Made by a program: the position numbers and the translations under genes. A stretch of DNA of 64,000 bases. Origin: Phycisphaerae bacterium (lineage in GTDB: Bacteria; Planctomycetota; Phycisphaerae; UBA1845; Fen-1342). Shown here in pieces: positions 10,021-18,500 of the stretch. The stretch spans positions 32,001 through 96,000 of the forward strand of contig CAXXWX010000002.1 of the NCBI GenBank assembly GCA_963675745.2, read 5' to 3'. Under the pieces are notes generated by a model. The model was given only the letters and a program-made list of their open reading frames with translations. It was not told the DNA's origin and did not search any database. Position 1 is the stretch's first letter. Each line of letters begins with the position of its first letter.

Positions 10021-11226
10021 CTATCGGCCGTGCCAGAACGAGCGTCCATCCGCATCCACCCAACTGGCGTGGTAGTCGGTGTCTTCCAGGTGCTCCGCCG
10101 CCCGCGTGAGCCGGAATGGCCGGTAGGTATCGCACATGACCGCCAGCTCGCTGGTGCGTTGCGCGCCGATAGAGGCCTCGTAAGCCCCCGGGTGCGGGCC
10201 GTGCGGGATTCCCTGCGGGTGCAGGCTGAATGAGCCCGGCTCGATACCCCGGCGCGAGGTGAAGTTGCCATCCACATAGAACATGATCTCGTCCATGTCC
10301 ACGCTGGCGTGACCGTAGGGGCAGGGAATCGCCCGCTCGTGGTAATCGACCATGCGCGGCACAAATGAGCATACGACGAAATCCCGCCCGCTAAACGTAG
10401 TGTGGGTCGTGGGTGGCTGATGCACCATTCCCGTAATGGGCTGGAAGTCATGGATGTTGAATGCCAGCGGGTACACACAACCGTCCCACCCAACCACATC
10501 CAATGGGAAGTGGCGGTATCGGTGGATCGTCAGCTTGTCGGACATCTTGACGACGATTTCATATGGGCCCGCGCCGTGGCGATCGTTGCTGAAGGCCGGC
10601 AACTCCGCCGGCACCCGGAAGTCACGATGTGAATAGGGCGCGTAGTCGGTGAGCTGACCATATCGGTTGCGGTACTGACCGGGTATGCCCAGATGCGGGC
10701 GACCCTCGAAGACCAGCAGCGCGCCCCGGCTGTCATCCAGGTGAAGCCGGTAGGGTGTCGATTTGGGAATCAGCAGGTAGTCGTGTTCGCGAAACGGCAG
10801 CAGGCCATAAAGGCTCTCGATGTGACCGCTGCCCGCGGTCACAAAGTACAGTTCGTCACCGTCGCCGTTGGAAAAGAACGGCCCCGGCGCTTCCAGAGGC
10901 TTGCTGACGCCGACCCGGACATTGTCGCTTGTAAACAGCGTTTGCCGGCCGGTCAGAAAGTCTCCGCGGGCCTCCATGCTCTGCGAGCGCACATGCCGCC
11001 TCTGCAAAGGCCGCTCCGCGCCGGGCTCGATCGGACAAAAGCCCGGCAAGGTGAGATCCGCCACCGCGAACTCGTCGGTGGGCGGCGTGCGGTAGTACAG
11101 AATTGAGAAGGGGCCGTTGAAACCCTCGCGCGTGATGCACTGCTCCATGAGGAGCCTGCCGCTCTCGTCATGGAAGGCGGTGTGCGGCTTGGGCGGGATT
11201 CTGCCCAGCGTATGACGGTGTAGCAT
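10021..11226 (-). CDS. hmgA: homogentisate 1,2-dioxygenase
   Basis: G.IP.KPH, NGDGDEL, APYSHRD, P.DVVGWDG, HQPP..H.TF, CSFVPR, DEIMFYVDGNFTSR, LHPQGIPHGPHPG, ELAVMCDT. Confidence 0.95.
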   Translation of the reverse strand: MLHRHTLGRIPPKPHTAFHDESGRLLMEQCITREGFNGPFSILYYRTPPTDEFAVADLTLPGFCPIEPGAERPLQRRHVRSQSMEARGDFLTGRQTLFTSDNVRVGVSKPLEAPGPFFSNGDGDELYFVTAGSGHIESLYGLLPFREHDYLLIPKSTPYRLHLDDSRGALLVFEGRPHLGIPGQYRNRYGQLTDYAPYSHRDFRVPAELPAFSNDRHGAGPYEIVVKMSDKLTIHRYRHFPLDVVGWDGCVYPLAFNIHDFQPITGMVHQPPTTHTTFSGRDFVVCSFVPRMVDYHERAIPCPYGHASVDMDEIMFYVDGNFTSRRGIEPGSFSLHPQGIPHGPHPGAYEASIGAQRTSELAVMCDTYRPFRLTRAAEHLEDTDYHASWVDADGRSFWHGR

Positions 11227-11295
11227 GATGCTCCGATGCTCCCGATAGACCTTGCGCCGGCCGGCGCTGCGGATCGACCACACGGCGGCGGCCGG

Positions 11296-12210
11296 CTAGG
11301 ACGCCACGCCGGCTTCAAGAAACGACTTCAGGTCATCCTGATTAGTGACCGGTTCGCCCGGACTGACGTTGTCCAGCTTGCCATCCAACATCCAGGCCTC
11401 CAGCCGCTCCACCTGCTCATACAGGTGATCAAACGAATCCACCACGAACAACAACGGTTGGAAGTGGTCGATCTCGAAGTACTGGTTCACCACCCATTCC
11501 AGTTGAATAGGATAGCGCTGAACCTGCGGCGATTCGATGCAATGCCCGAGCTCGCCATACGAGCTCAGCAGCCCGCTGCCATACGCGCGCAGTTCGTCGC
11601 CGATGCGCATCAAGCCAAACTCGATTGTGAACCAGAAGAAGCGGGCCATGGCCTTGAGGACGCTATCGGTGCGGCGGAGGCGTTCATCGCTGTCAGCTAT
11701 GTCCGCGGCCACCCGGGCCGCCGTGCGCGCCGCTTCGCCGAACCGCACCAGCACGTCGGCAAACCGGCGATCCGTGTGCATGGGCACATGCCCGGCGACG
11801 TCGTGGAAGATATCTGGTTCGGGGAGGTAGTCGAGCCGGCCCTGCTCGCGGATGGTGATGGTCGTCGGAAAGGCGCGTGTGCGCAGGCAGTCGAAGAACA
11901 CGTGTGCCGGCACATATCCGCTGACGGCGCGGGCCTTGAAGCCCGTCGACGGCTCGAGGGCGCGGTTGATGTCATCCAGAAGGGGAATCGCGTCAGGACT
12001 CAGGTTCAGCTTCTCCAGACCCTCGAGAAACCGAGGATGCGCGTACCGTTGCCAGCGCGGCGCGATGCGAGCGTAGAGGGCACGCCACGTCTCCTGATTG
12101 TCCTCGCTGTAAAGCTCATACGGCTGGCGAATGTACAACTCGCCGCGCGCCCTCGAATCCTCGATGAACGGCGCCTTGGTGGTCGTCAGCCCGCGTGCCG
12201 CTTCGATCAT
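11296..12210 (-). CDS. phhA: phenylalanine 4-hydroxylase
   Basis: YLPEPDIFHDVAGHVPM (Fe-binding His residues), FWFTIEFGL, AYGSGLLSSYGE. Confidence 0.95.
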   Translation of the reverse strand: MIEAARGLTTTKAPFIEDSRARGELYIRQPYELYSEDNQETWRALYARIAPRWQRYAHPRFLEGLEKLNLSPDAIPLLDDINRALEPSTGFKARAVSGYVPAHVFFDCLRTRAFPTTITIREQGRLDYLPEPDIFHDVAGHVPMHTDRRFADVLVRFGEAARTAARVAADIADSDERLRRTDSVLKAMARFFWFTIEFGLMRIGDELRAYGSGLLSSYGELGHCIESPQVQRYPIQLEWVVNQYFEIDHFQPLLFVVDSFDHLYEQVERLEAWMLDGKLDNVSPGEPVTNQDDLKSFLEAGVAS

Positions 12211-12287
12211 CTCATCACCAGTTTGTCAGTTGTGCCGCATGCGACCGGCCTGTTCGACAGGGGCCCGGTACCAGTTGGGTCGCGCGT

Positions 12288-12908
12288 CTAAGGCTCTTCG
12301 GGCCGTGGGATATCGAACCGGCCCGACGTCTTCACGTACGTCGATCCGCCCATACGACCGATCGCCGCGAGCTTCTCCGGATCGACCACCCCGTCGGCGA
12401 CCAAAACGTCATCCTGTACGTGGATCGCCACGACTCGACCGAAGACAACGCTGCCGGCGCCCGGTTGCTCGCCGAAGCGTCGGATGTCGATCAGCGCGCA
12501 CTCGATGTTGACCGGCGACTCTTCAACCAGCGCCGGCTTGACCAGACGGGCTGGCCGAGGCGTCAATCCCGCGCGCGCAAACTCGTCAACATCCGGCGGG
12601 TACTCATAGGCACACTGGTTCACGCGCGCGACGATCACCTCGGTCACGGTAGCCACCACGAACTCGCCGGTGGCCTCGACGTTTTGCAGCGAGTCCTTGC
12701 CGCCCCCGTCGCGGCGCAGCGTCGGGGCGAACATGATCACCGGCGGGTTGGCCGAGACCATGTTGTAAAAGCTGTACTGCGCCAGATTGGGCACCCCGGC
12801 GGCCGACAGGCTCGAAACCAGGGCTATTGGTCGGGGTTGAATGAACGAAATCGCGAGCTTATAGATGTCACGCCAGCCCGAGTCGTGTTCATGCAATTCG
12901 ATGAACAT
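12288..12908 (-). CDS. flavin reductase-like (DIM6/NTAB) FMN-binding protein
   Basis: PRPIALVSS..G.PNLA.YSFYN, KDSLQN, ESPVNIEC, IGRMGG..Y. Confidence 0.9.
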   Translation of the reverse strand: MFIELHEHDSGWRDIYKLAISFIQPRPIALVSSLSAAGVPNLAQYSFYNMVSANPPVIMFAPTLRRDGGGKDSLQNVEATGEFVVATVTEVIVARVNQCAYEYPPDVDEFARAGLTPRPARLVKPALVEESPVNIECALIDIRRFGEQPGAGSVVFGRVVAIHVQDDVLVADGVVDPEKLAAIGRMGGSTYVKTSGRFDIPRPEEP

Positions 12909-13178
12909 CCACGCTCTCTTGCACCCGGTTGCTGATTCCTCGCGTCCCCCGGGAGCGGCCCTCGCGGCCCCGCGCTACCTGATCGTATGCGCGGGACGTC
13001 TCGTCGGCAAGCGAGTGTGACCGCGGGCAGCGTAGCCACATACGTCGAGACGCCGCCGTTCCGCGACAAACGCCCTTTCACGATTCGAGAGTGTGTTCCA
13101 GGTTCGGCGGACGCATGGTTATACTGGGTATCAGGTAACGCCAGAGCGAAAGCAAGGAGCCGCCAACAGGGGTAGCCC

Positions 13179-14537
13179 ATGGCGCAGATTGTCTGCGATG
13201 CCGACCTGCTCACTCCCGGTGAGATCGCCTCAGCGGTGTATCTGAAGGAACACCTGCCCGGCGACTGGCTGGTTATCGTCGGGCGCGAGCTGGTCCACCC
13301 GTCGGGTGCCGTGCGCGAGGTCGATTTCATCATAATCGGGCATCACCTGGTGTTCGCGGTGGAGGAGAAGGCCTGGCACGGAAAGCTGTTCGGCAACGAC
13401 CACTCGTGGGTGCTTTCGAGCGGCGAGAGTCGGCGCAGCCCGCTGAACCAGGCCTACACCGTGGCTCGGCCGCTGGCCGGCCGCTTGAGACACGCCATCC
13501 CCGGTGTGCGACAGACGATCGGCAACGCCCATTTCGTCTATCCAGCCGTCTTGCTCTCCGACCCCAAGGCCCGGGTGCTGGTACATGATCCGCGTTGTGC
13601 GCAGCAGGTTTGGAAACTCCCCGGCTGCGAGCAGAAGTTTCACGCGCGCGACAAGGACGCCAAGAACCACCACACGTCGATCATCCAGGTGCGGGAGTCG
13701 ATCGTCCGCCATCTGACCGAGCTGCCGGATCGTCCGGAGATTCCCAAGCGTATCAATGCCTATCGCGTGGTTGAGTCGCTGGGTACGACGGGGCCGATTC
13801 GGGCATACGCCGCCGAACACGACGATGGCTCCAGGCACACGCTGAAGCTGCTGCCCCGACCGAACACGCTGAGCGCGGCGACACTCGAACAGGAGAAACG
13901 CGCGCTGCTGCGCGAGTATGACACGCTGCGGACGCTCGAGGGGGCCGGCATCGCGCCGAAATGTGACCGCTACTTCTACTGGCAGGACGACGAGGTGCTG
14001 GTCGTACCGATGGCCACGCTGCCCGGCAAGACATTGCGCGCCGACCGCGCGCTGGCTGAGCCACGGGCCGACGACTTGCCCGGATTATTCACCGCCGGCT
14101 TTACCGCCTTGAGCACGCTGCACGAAGCGGGCATCGTACACCGCGGGCTCAGCCCGGATCGCGTGTGGCGCTGTGATGACGGCAAGGTGCGGTTCTCGGA
14201 TTTTGTCGCCAGCCGGCTGCCCAACGCGCAGACAATCGCGGACATGGCCGATTGGGTGGACCCGCCTGATCCATATCGCGCCCCCGAGTGCCGCCTGAAC
14301 CCGGCCCTGGCCGAGCCGGCTTCCGATGTCTATTGCCTGTGCGCCACGCTTTTGTTCTGGATCAGCGGGCTGGAGCCTGACGAGCGCGGCGACATGCCGG
14401 ACTGGATCCCGACGCTGCACGACCAGCTTGGCCGGCCATACCGCAAGCTGCTCAAGCTGTGTCAGCGGTGCCTGGTGGAAGACGACCGCAAGCGACCGCC
14501 CGCGGCGAAGGTCGCGCAACAAGCGCGGAAGCTGTAG
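13179..14537 (+). CDS. NERD nuclease domain fused to a protein-kinase-like (pseudokinase) domain; PglW N-terminus-like
   Basis: REVDFIIIG..VFAVEEKAWHG (NERD PD-(D/E)xK), SPLNQA; kinase fold LKLL..REY, HRGLSPDRV, SDFV, YRAPE, SDVY, RP. Confidence 0.85.
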   Translation: MAQIVCDADLLTPGEIASAVYLKEHLPGDWLVIVGRELVHPSGAVREVDFIIIGHHLVFAVEEKAWHGKLFGNDHSWVLSSGESRRSPLNQAYTVARPLAGRLRHAIPGVRQTIGNAHFVYPAVLLSDPKARVLVHDPRCAQQVWKLPGCEQKFHARDKDAKNHHTSIIQVRESIVRHLTELPDRPEIPKRINAYRVVESLGTTGPIRAYAAEHDDGSRHTLKLLPRPNTLSAATLEQEKRALLREYDTLRTLEGAGIAPKCDRYFYWQDDEVLVVPMATLPGKTLRADRALAEPRADDLPGLFTAGFTALSTLHEAGIVHRGLSPDRVWRCDDGKVRFSDFVASRLPNAQTIADMADWVDPPDPYRAPECRLNPALAEPASDVYCLCATLLFWISGLEPDERGDMPDWIPTLHDQLGRPYRKLLKLCQRCLVEDDRKRPPAAKVAQQARKL

Positions 14538-14552
14538 CCAGCTCACCAATAG

Positions 14553-14824
14553 GGGCCCGTGACACAAGCGGCGGATGGCAGGCATGTCGTCCCGCAGGGA
14601 CGCAATGAACTTAGCCCAGTACGAAGTACTGGGGCAATCGTGGCCACGTGAAGACCCAGTCCCACCGGGACGGCTGGGCTTTCAGTCGTCCCGTGCGGGA
14701 CTTGGCGGCCGGGCACGCGATCCAAACCCAGCACTGCGTACTGGGCTATATTCAGATGCCCCTGCGGGGCACGTGACTCGGAAACCACGGACGCGGAACT
14801 CCCCGCCTGAACTGTCACGGACCC
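14553..14824. mobile_element. 272-bp non-autonomous MITE with 12-bp TIRs, a 9-bp TSD and nested palindromes
   Basis: TIRs gggcccgtgaca (14553-14564) and tgtcacggaccc (14813-14824), one mismatch; direct repeat CACCAATAG at 14544-14552 and 14825-14833. Confidence 0.8.
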
Positions 14825-14955
14825 CACCAATAGTGGGCAAACTTCCAGAGGGGGCTTACTTGCCCGAGTTCGAGTACACTCTCAGGTTAGTATGCAGCGG
14901 CCGACTGCCGGCCGCGGGTAGAGGAAGACTAACGACGAGTACGAAGGGTGATCAC

Positions 14956-16152
14956 ATGGAAACTGGGCAGATTGGAGCGTTGCTGGAGAGACTCGACGCG
15001 CTGGACACCGGACTTTACCAGAAGGACTTCCTGCTGACATGGCAGCAGTCGGCCGATGACCTGAACGCCGTCCTGCTGGCCGCCGAGGCCTTGCAGAAGA
15101 TGTGGCGGGCGAATATCGCGCCCCGCGTTTTCAACGGCGGGCTGGCCGTCTCGAACTTCCGCGACAAGTCCACGCGCACCCGTTTCTCGTTCGCCAGCGC
15201 GGCCAGTCTCCTCGGCCTGTCGGCGCAGGACCTGGACGAGTCGAAGTCACAAATAGCCCACGGCGAAACCGTCCGCGAGACGGCCAACATGATCTCCTTT
15301 CTCACCGAAGTCATCGGCATCCGCGACGACCTGTTCATCCACGAGGGGCACGAGTACATGGCCGAGGTTTCCAAGGCCGTTGAGGAGGGCTTTCGTGAAG
15401 GCGCGTTGCCGCAGCGACCGGCCGTAATCAACCTCCAGTGCGACCGCGACCACCCGACGCAATCGCTGGCCGATCTGCGCCATCTTAAGGAGACGTTCGG
15501 TTCGCTGGAGGCCCTGCGGGGCAAGACGATTGCCATGAGCTGGGGCTACTCGCCGTCCTACGGCAAGCCGCTGTCGGTCGCCCAGGGCATCATCACGTTG
15601 ATGACGCGTTTCGGGATGGACGTGGTCCTGGCCCACCCCGAAGGCTACGACGTCATGCCGGAGCTGGAGCAGGTGGCCGGCAAGCACGCCGAGCAATCCG
15701 GCGGCTCGTTCCGCAAGGTCCACAGCATGGAAGAGGCCTTCCGCGACGCGGACATCGTCTACCCCAAGAGCTGGGCTCCGTACAAAATCATGGAGCAGCG
15801 CACAGCCCTGTTGCGGGCGGGGAAGGCCAAGGAGCTCGACGCACTCGAGAAAGAGTGCCTCGCCGTCAACAGCAAGCATAAGAACTGGGAGTACACAGAG
15901 AAGCTGGCCGAGATCACGCGCGGGGGTAAGGCGCTGTACATGCACCCTCTGCCGGCGGACATTACGGATGTGAATTGCGAAGCCGGCGAGGTGGCCGCCA
16001 GCGTCTTCGAGCGCTACCGCCTGGCCACCTACAACGAAGCGGAGCACAAGCCCTACGTCATCGCGGCCATGATCCTGCTGACGCGCTGCGAACAGCCCGG
16101 CCGGGTGCTGGCCGACCTGCTAAGCAAGGCCACGCCGCACCGGTTGAGCTGA
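14956..16152 (+). CDS. ygeW: knotted carbamoyltransferase, YgeW family
   Basis: FRDKSTRTRFSFASA, SQIAHGETVRETANMISF, NLQCDRDHPTQ, YSPSYGKPLSV.QG, YPKSW, YMHPLPADI..GEV. Confidence 0.93.
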   Translation: METGQIGALLERLDALDTGLYQKDFLLTWQQSADDLNAVLLAAEALQKMWRANIAPRVFNGGLAVSNFRDKSTRTRFSFASAASLLGLSAQDLDESKSQIAHGETVRETANMISFLTEVIGIRDDLFIHEGHEYMAEVSKAVEEGFREGALPQRPAVINLQCDRDHPTQSLADLRHLKETFGSLEALRGKTIAMSWGYSPSYGKPLSVAQGIITLMTRFGMDVVLAHPEGYDVMPELEQVAGKHAEQSGGSFRKVHSMEEAFRDADIVYPKSWAPYKIMEQRTALLRAGKAKELDALEKECLAVNSKHKNWEYTEKLAEITRGGKALYMHPLPADITDVNCEAGEVAASVFERYRLATYNEAEHKPYVIAAMILLTRCEQPGRVLADLLSKATPHRLS

Positions 16153-16161
16153 CGTAGACAT

Positions 16162-16197
16162 CGGGCCCGGCTCGCTGGCGCGATCCGGGCCCGTTTT
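16162..16197 (+). terminator. intrinsic terminator hairpin between ygeW and the convergent carbamoyltransferase
   Basis: Stem cgggcccgg (16162-16170) / ccgggcccg (16185-16193), followed by TTTT. Confidence 0.6.
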
Positions 16198-16207
16198 GCC
16201 TGCCGGA

Positions 16208-17164
16208 CTACTCCATGGCGCCGAGGATGGACGCGAGCAGGCCCATGCGCATCACAACGCCGTTAAACGCCTCTTCCCAATAGCGGGCGTGGCGCGTCTG
16301 GTCGACGTCGGGCGGCAGCTCGTCCATGCGCGGCAGCGAGTGCAGGATGATGGAGTCGCTCTTGGCCTTGTCCTGGAGCAACTGGCGCGTCACGCGATAG
16401 GCCTCGGGCGTGCGGCCCTTGTCCTTGTCGGCGGCCTCGACGCGTGACTGCGTGTAGTCGGCCTGGACCACCGGCTCCATGTAGATCACGTCCGCGTCGG
16501 CGATGGCGTCCGCGGCGCTGGGGACCTCACGGTAGCGCACGTTGACGTCGCGCAGCTCCTGCTTGAACTCCTCAGAGAACGACATCTCGGGCGGGAAGAT
16601 GCAGGTCAGCTCGATATCAAACTGCGAGACGGCATACGCGATCGAGTGCATGGTGCGCATGCGCCCGTCGCCGATGCACATGAAATTCAGGCCGTCAAGC
16701 GTGCCCTTTTCCTTCCAGATCGTGTACAGGTCGGTGAGCACCTGCGTGGGGTGCTCGCCCCATCCGTCGCCGCAGTTGATGACTGGGACGGTGGACCACT
16801 TGGCGGCCTCTTGCGGGGCGCCCTGCTGGTAGTGACGCATGGCGATGACGTCGCCGTAGTACTCCAGCATGTGTACAGTGTCCTTGATCGACTCCATGTA
16901 GAAATCGCCGGCCCGCGTCATCTTCGCGTCGGAGAACCCGAGCACGTGCCCGCCCAGCCGATGCATCGCGGCTTCGGTGGAGAGCCGGGTCCGGGTGCTG
17001 GGCTGATAGAACGCCGTCAGCAGCGTTTTGTTGGCCAACAGGTCGGTGTTGCGCCGATTCCTTGCATACGGGGCCAGCTCGTCGCACACCTCGAAAAGAC
17101 GGAAATACTCCGCTCGCTCCCAGTCCTTCAGTGACAGGATATCCCGACCAGTGAAGCTCCTCAT
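16208..17164 (-). CDS. aspartate/ornithine carbamoyltransferase family protein (ATCase-like, non-canonical)
   Basis: YQPSTRTRLS, ESIKDT, MRH, INCGDGWGEHPTQVLTD, HSLPR.DEL. Confidence 0.88.
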   Translation of the reverse strand: MRSFTGRDILSLKDWERAEYFRLFEVCDELAPYARNRRNTDLLANKTLLTAFYQPSTRTRLSTEAAMHRLGGHVLGFSDAKMTRAGDFYMESIKDTVHMLEYYGDVIAMRHYQQGAPQEAAKWSTVPVINCGDGWGEHPTQVLTDLYTIWKEKGTLDGLNFMCIGDGRMRTMHSIAYAVSQFDIELTCIFPPEMSFSEEFKQELRDVNVRYREVPSAADAIADADVIYMEPVVQADYTQSRVEAADKDKGRTPEAYRVTRQLLQDKAKSDSIILHSLPRMDELPPDVDQTRHARYWEEAFNGVVMRMGLLASILGAME

Positions 17165-17261
17165 CGTGCTACTCCCTTTCTTCTGCTCTGTTGCCAGTAG
17201 TCAATCTTCTGTGGCAGTTTATTCCAAGCTGTTGTCGAGGCGTACGTGTCCGCTTCGCGCC

Positions 17262-18500
17262 TCAGCCGCTGCCGAACACATCCTCCAGTGCCGCGGGATC
17301 GGCCGAGATCGTACGCGGCTCGCCGGCCACCTTCAGCACCGACGCAATGTCCTTCAAACCGTTGCCCGTAACGATGAGCACGACCGTCCAGGCGGGGTCG
17401 ATCAAGCCCTGCTTGACCGCTTTCCTCAGCCCGGCATAACAGGCGACGCCGGCCGGCTCGCCGAAGATGCCGGCGCCTCGGGCCACGCGGGGGATCGCCG
17501 CCAGGATCTCCTCGTCCGTAACCGTGATGCCGAAGCCGCCGGAGGCGCGCACGGCCTGCACGGCCGCCTGACCGTCGCGCGGCACGCTGACGGAAATCGA
17601 ATCGGCGACCGTCTCGCCGGACACGGCATTGATCGTTCCATCACCTTCCAGCGCGTTGACCACGGCGGCACTGCCTTCCGCCTGCACCGCCAGCAGTCGC
17701 GGCACGCGGTCGATGAACCCGATGTGGCGGAAGTCCTCAAACCCCTTCCACACACCGCTGATGATGTTGCCGTCGCCCACCGATACGGCGACCAGATCGG
17801 GCACTTGCCAATCGAGCTGCTCGCAGATCTCGAAGGCCACTGACTTCTTACCCTCACGCGTGAACGGGTTGTAGCCGGTATTGCGGTTGTACCAGCCGAA
17901 GCGTTGCGTGGCCGCGAGGCACAGGTCAAACGCGTCGTCGTACGTTCCATCAACGGCGAGCACCTCGGCACCGAACGCCAGGAGCTGCGCGACCTTGGCG
18001 CGCGGCGCGGCGCGGGGAATGAAAATCCGCGCCCGCATGCCCATGGCGGCGGCGAGCACGGCCGTCGAGGAGCCGGCGTTGCCGGTCGAAGCCCCGGTGA
18101 CCAGGTCACACCCGACATCCCGCGCGCGAACCAGGGCGATGGCACTCGCTCGATCCTTGAACGACGCGCTCGGATTCCGCCCGTCGTCTTTGACAAACAG
18201 GCGGGGCAGCCTCAGCTCCTCGCCGAGCCTGACGGCGGGGCAGAGCGGCGTCCAACCCACCGGCGGGGACTCAATCCGCGTGGCCGTCGGATAGAGCGGT
18301 GCATACCGCCAGATCGAGCGGTCGGCGTTGTCGGCCAACTGCTGCCGGCTCCATGACTTGCGGATGGAGTCGTAATCGTACTCCACCTGGAGATTCGCCC
18401 CGCAGGCCGTGCATGTATAGACGCTGTCGCTGAGCGGACAGGTCGCACCGCATGCGATGCAGCGCAAACCCGTGACGTGTTGCAGGCGGTCTTGCGTCAC
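17262..18500 (-). CDS. threonine synthase-like fold-type II PLP enzyme
   Basis: N-terminal CxxC..CxxC, GWTPL, KDDGRNPSASFKDR (PLP Lys), ASTGNAG, VGDGN, TVADSI, EPA, TGNGLKD. Confidence 0.88.
   Translation of the reverse strand: MTQDRLQHVTGLRCIACGATCPLSDSVYTCTACGANLQVEYDYDSIRKSWSRQQLADNADRSIWRYAPLYPTATRIESPPVGWTPLCPAVRLGEELRLPRLFVKDDGRNPSASFKDRASAIALVRARDVGCDLVTGASTGNAGSSTAVLAAAMGMRARIFIPRAAPRAKVAQLLAFGAEVLAVDGTYDDAFDLCLAATQRFGWYNRNTGYNPFTREGKKSVAFEICEQLDWQVPDLVAVSVGDGNIISGVWKGFEDFRHIGFIDRVPRLLAVQAEGSAAVVNALEGDGTINAVSGETVADSISVSVPRDGQAAVQAVRASGGFGITVTDEEILAAIPRVARGAGIFGEPAGVACYAGLRKAVKQGLIDPAWTVVLIVTGNGLKDIASVLKVAGEPRTISADPAALEDVFGSG

Noticed and set aside
14575..14955. 127-aa N-terminal extension of ygeW in the ORF track
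   Set aside because: It runs through the palindromic MITE; homology and an RBS-like GAAGGGTG point to ATG 14956
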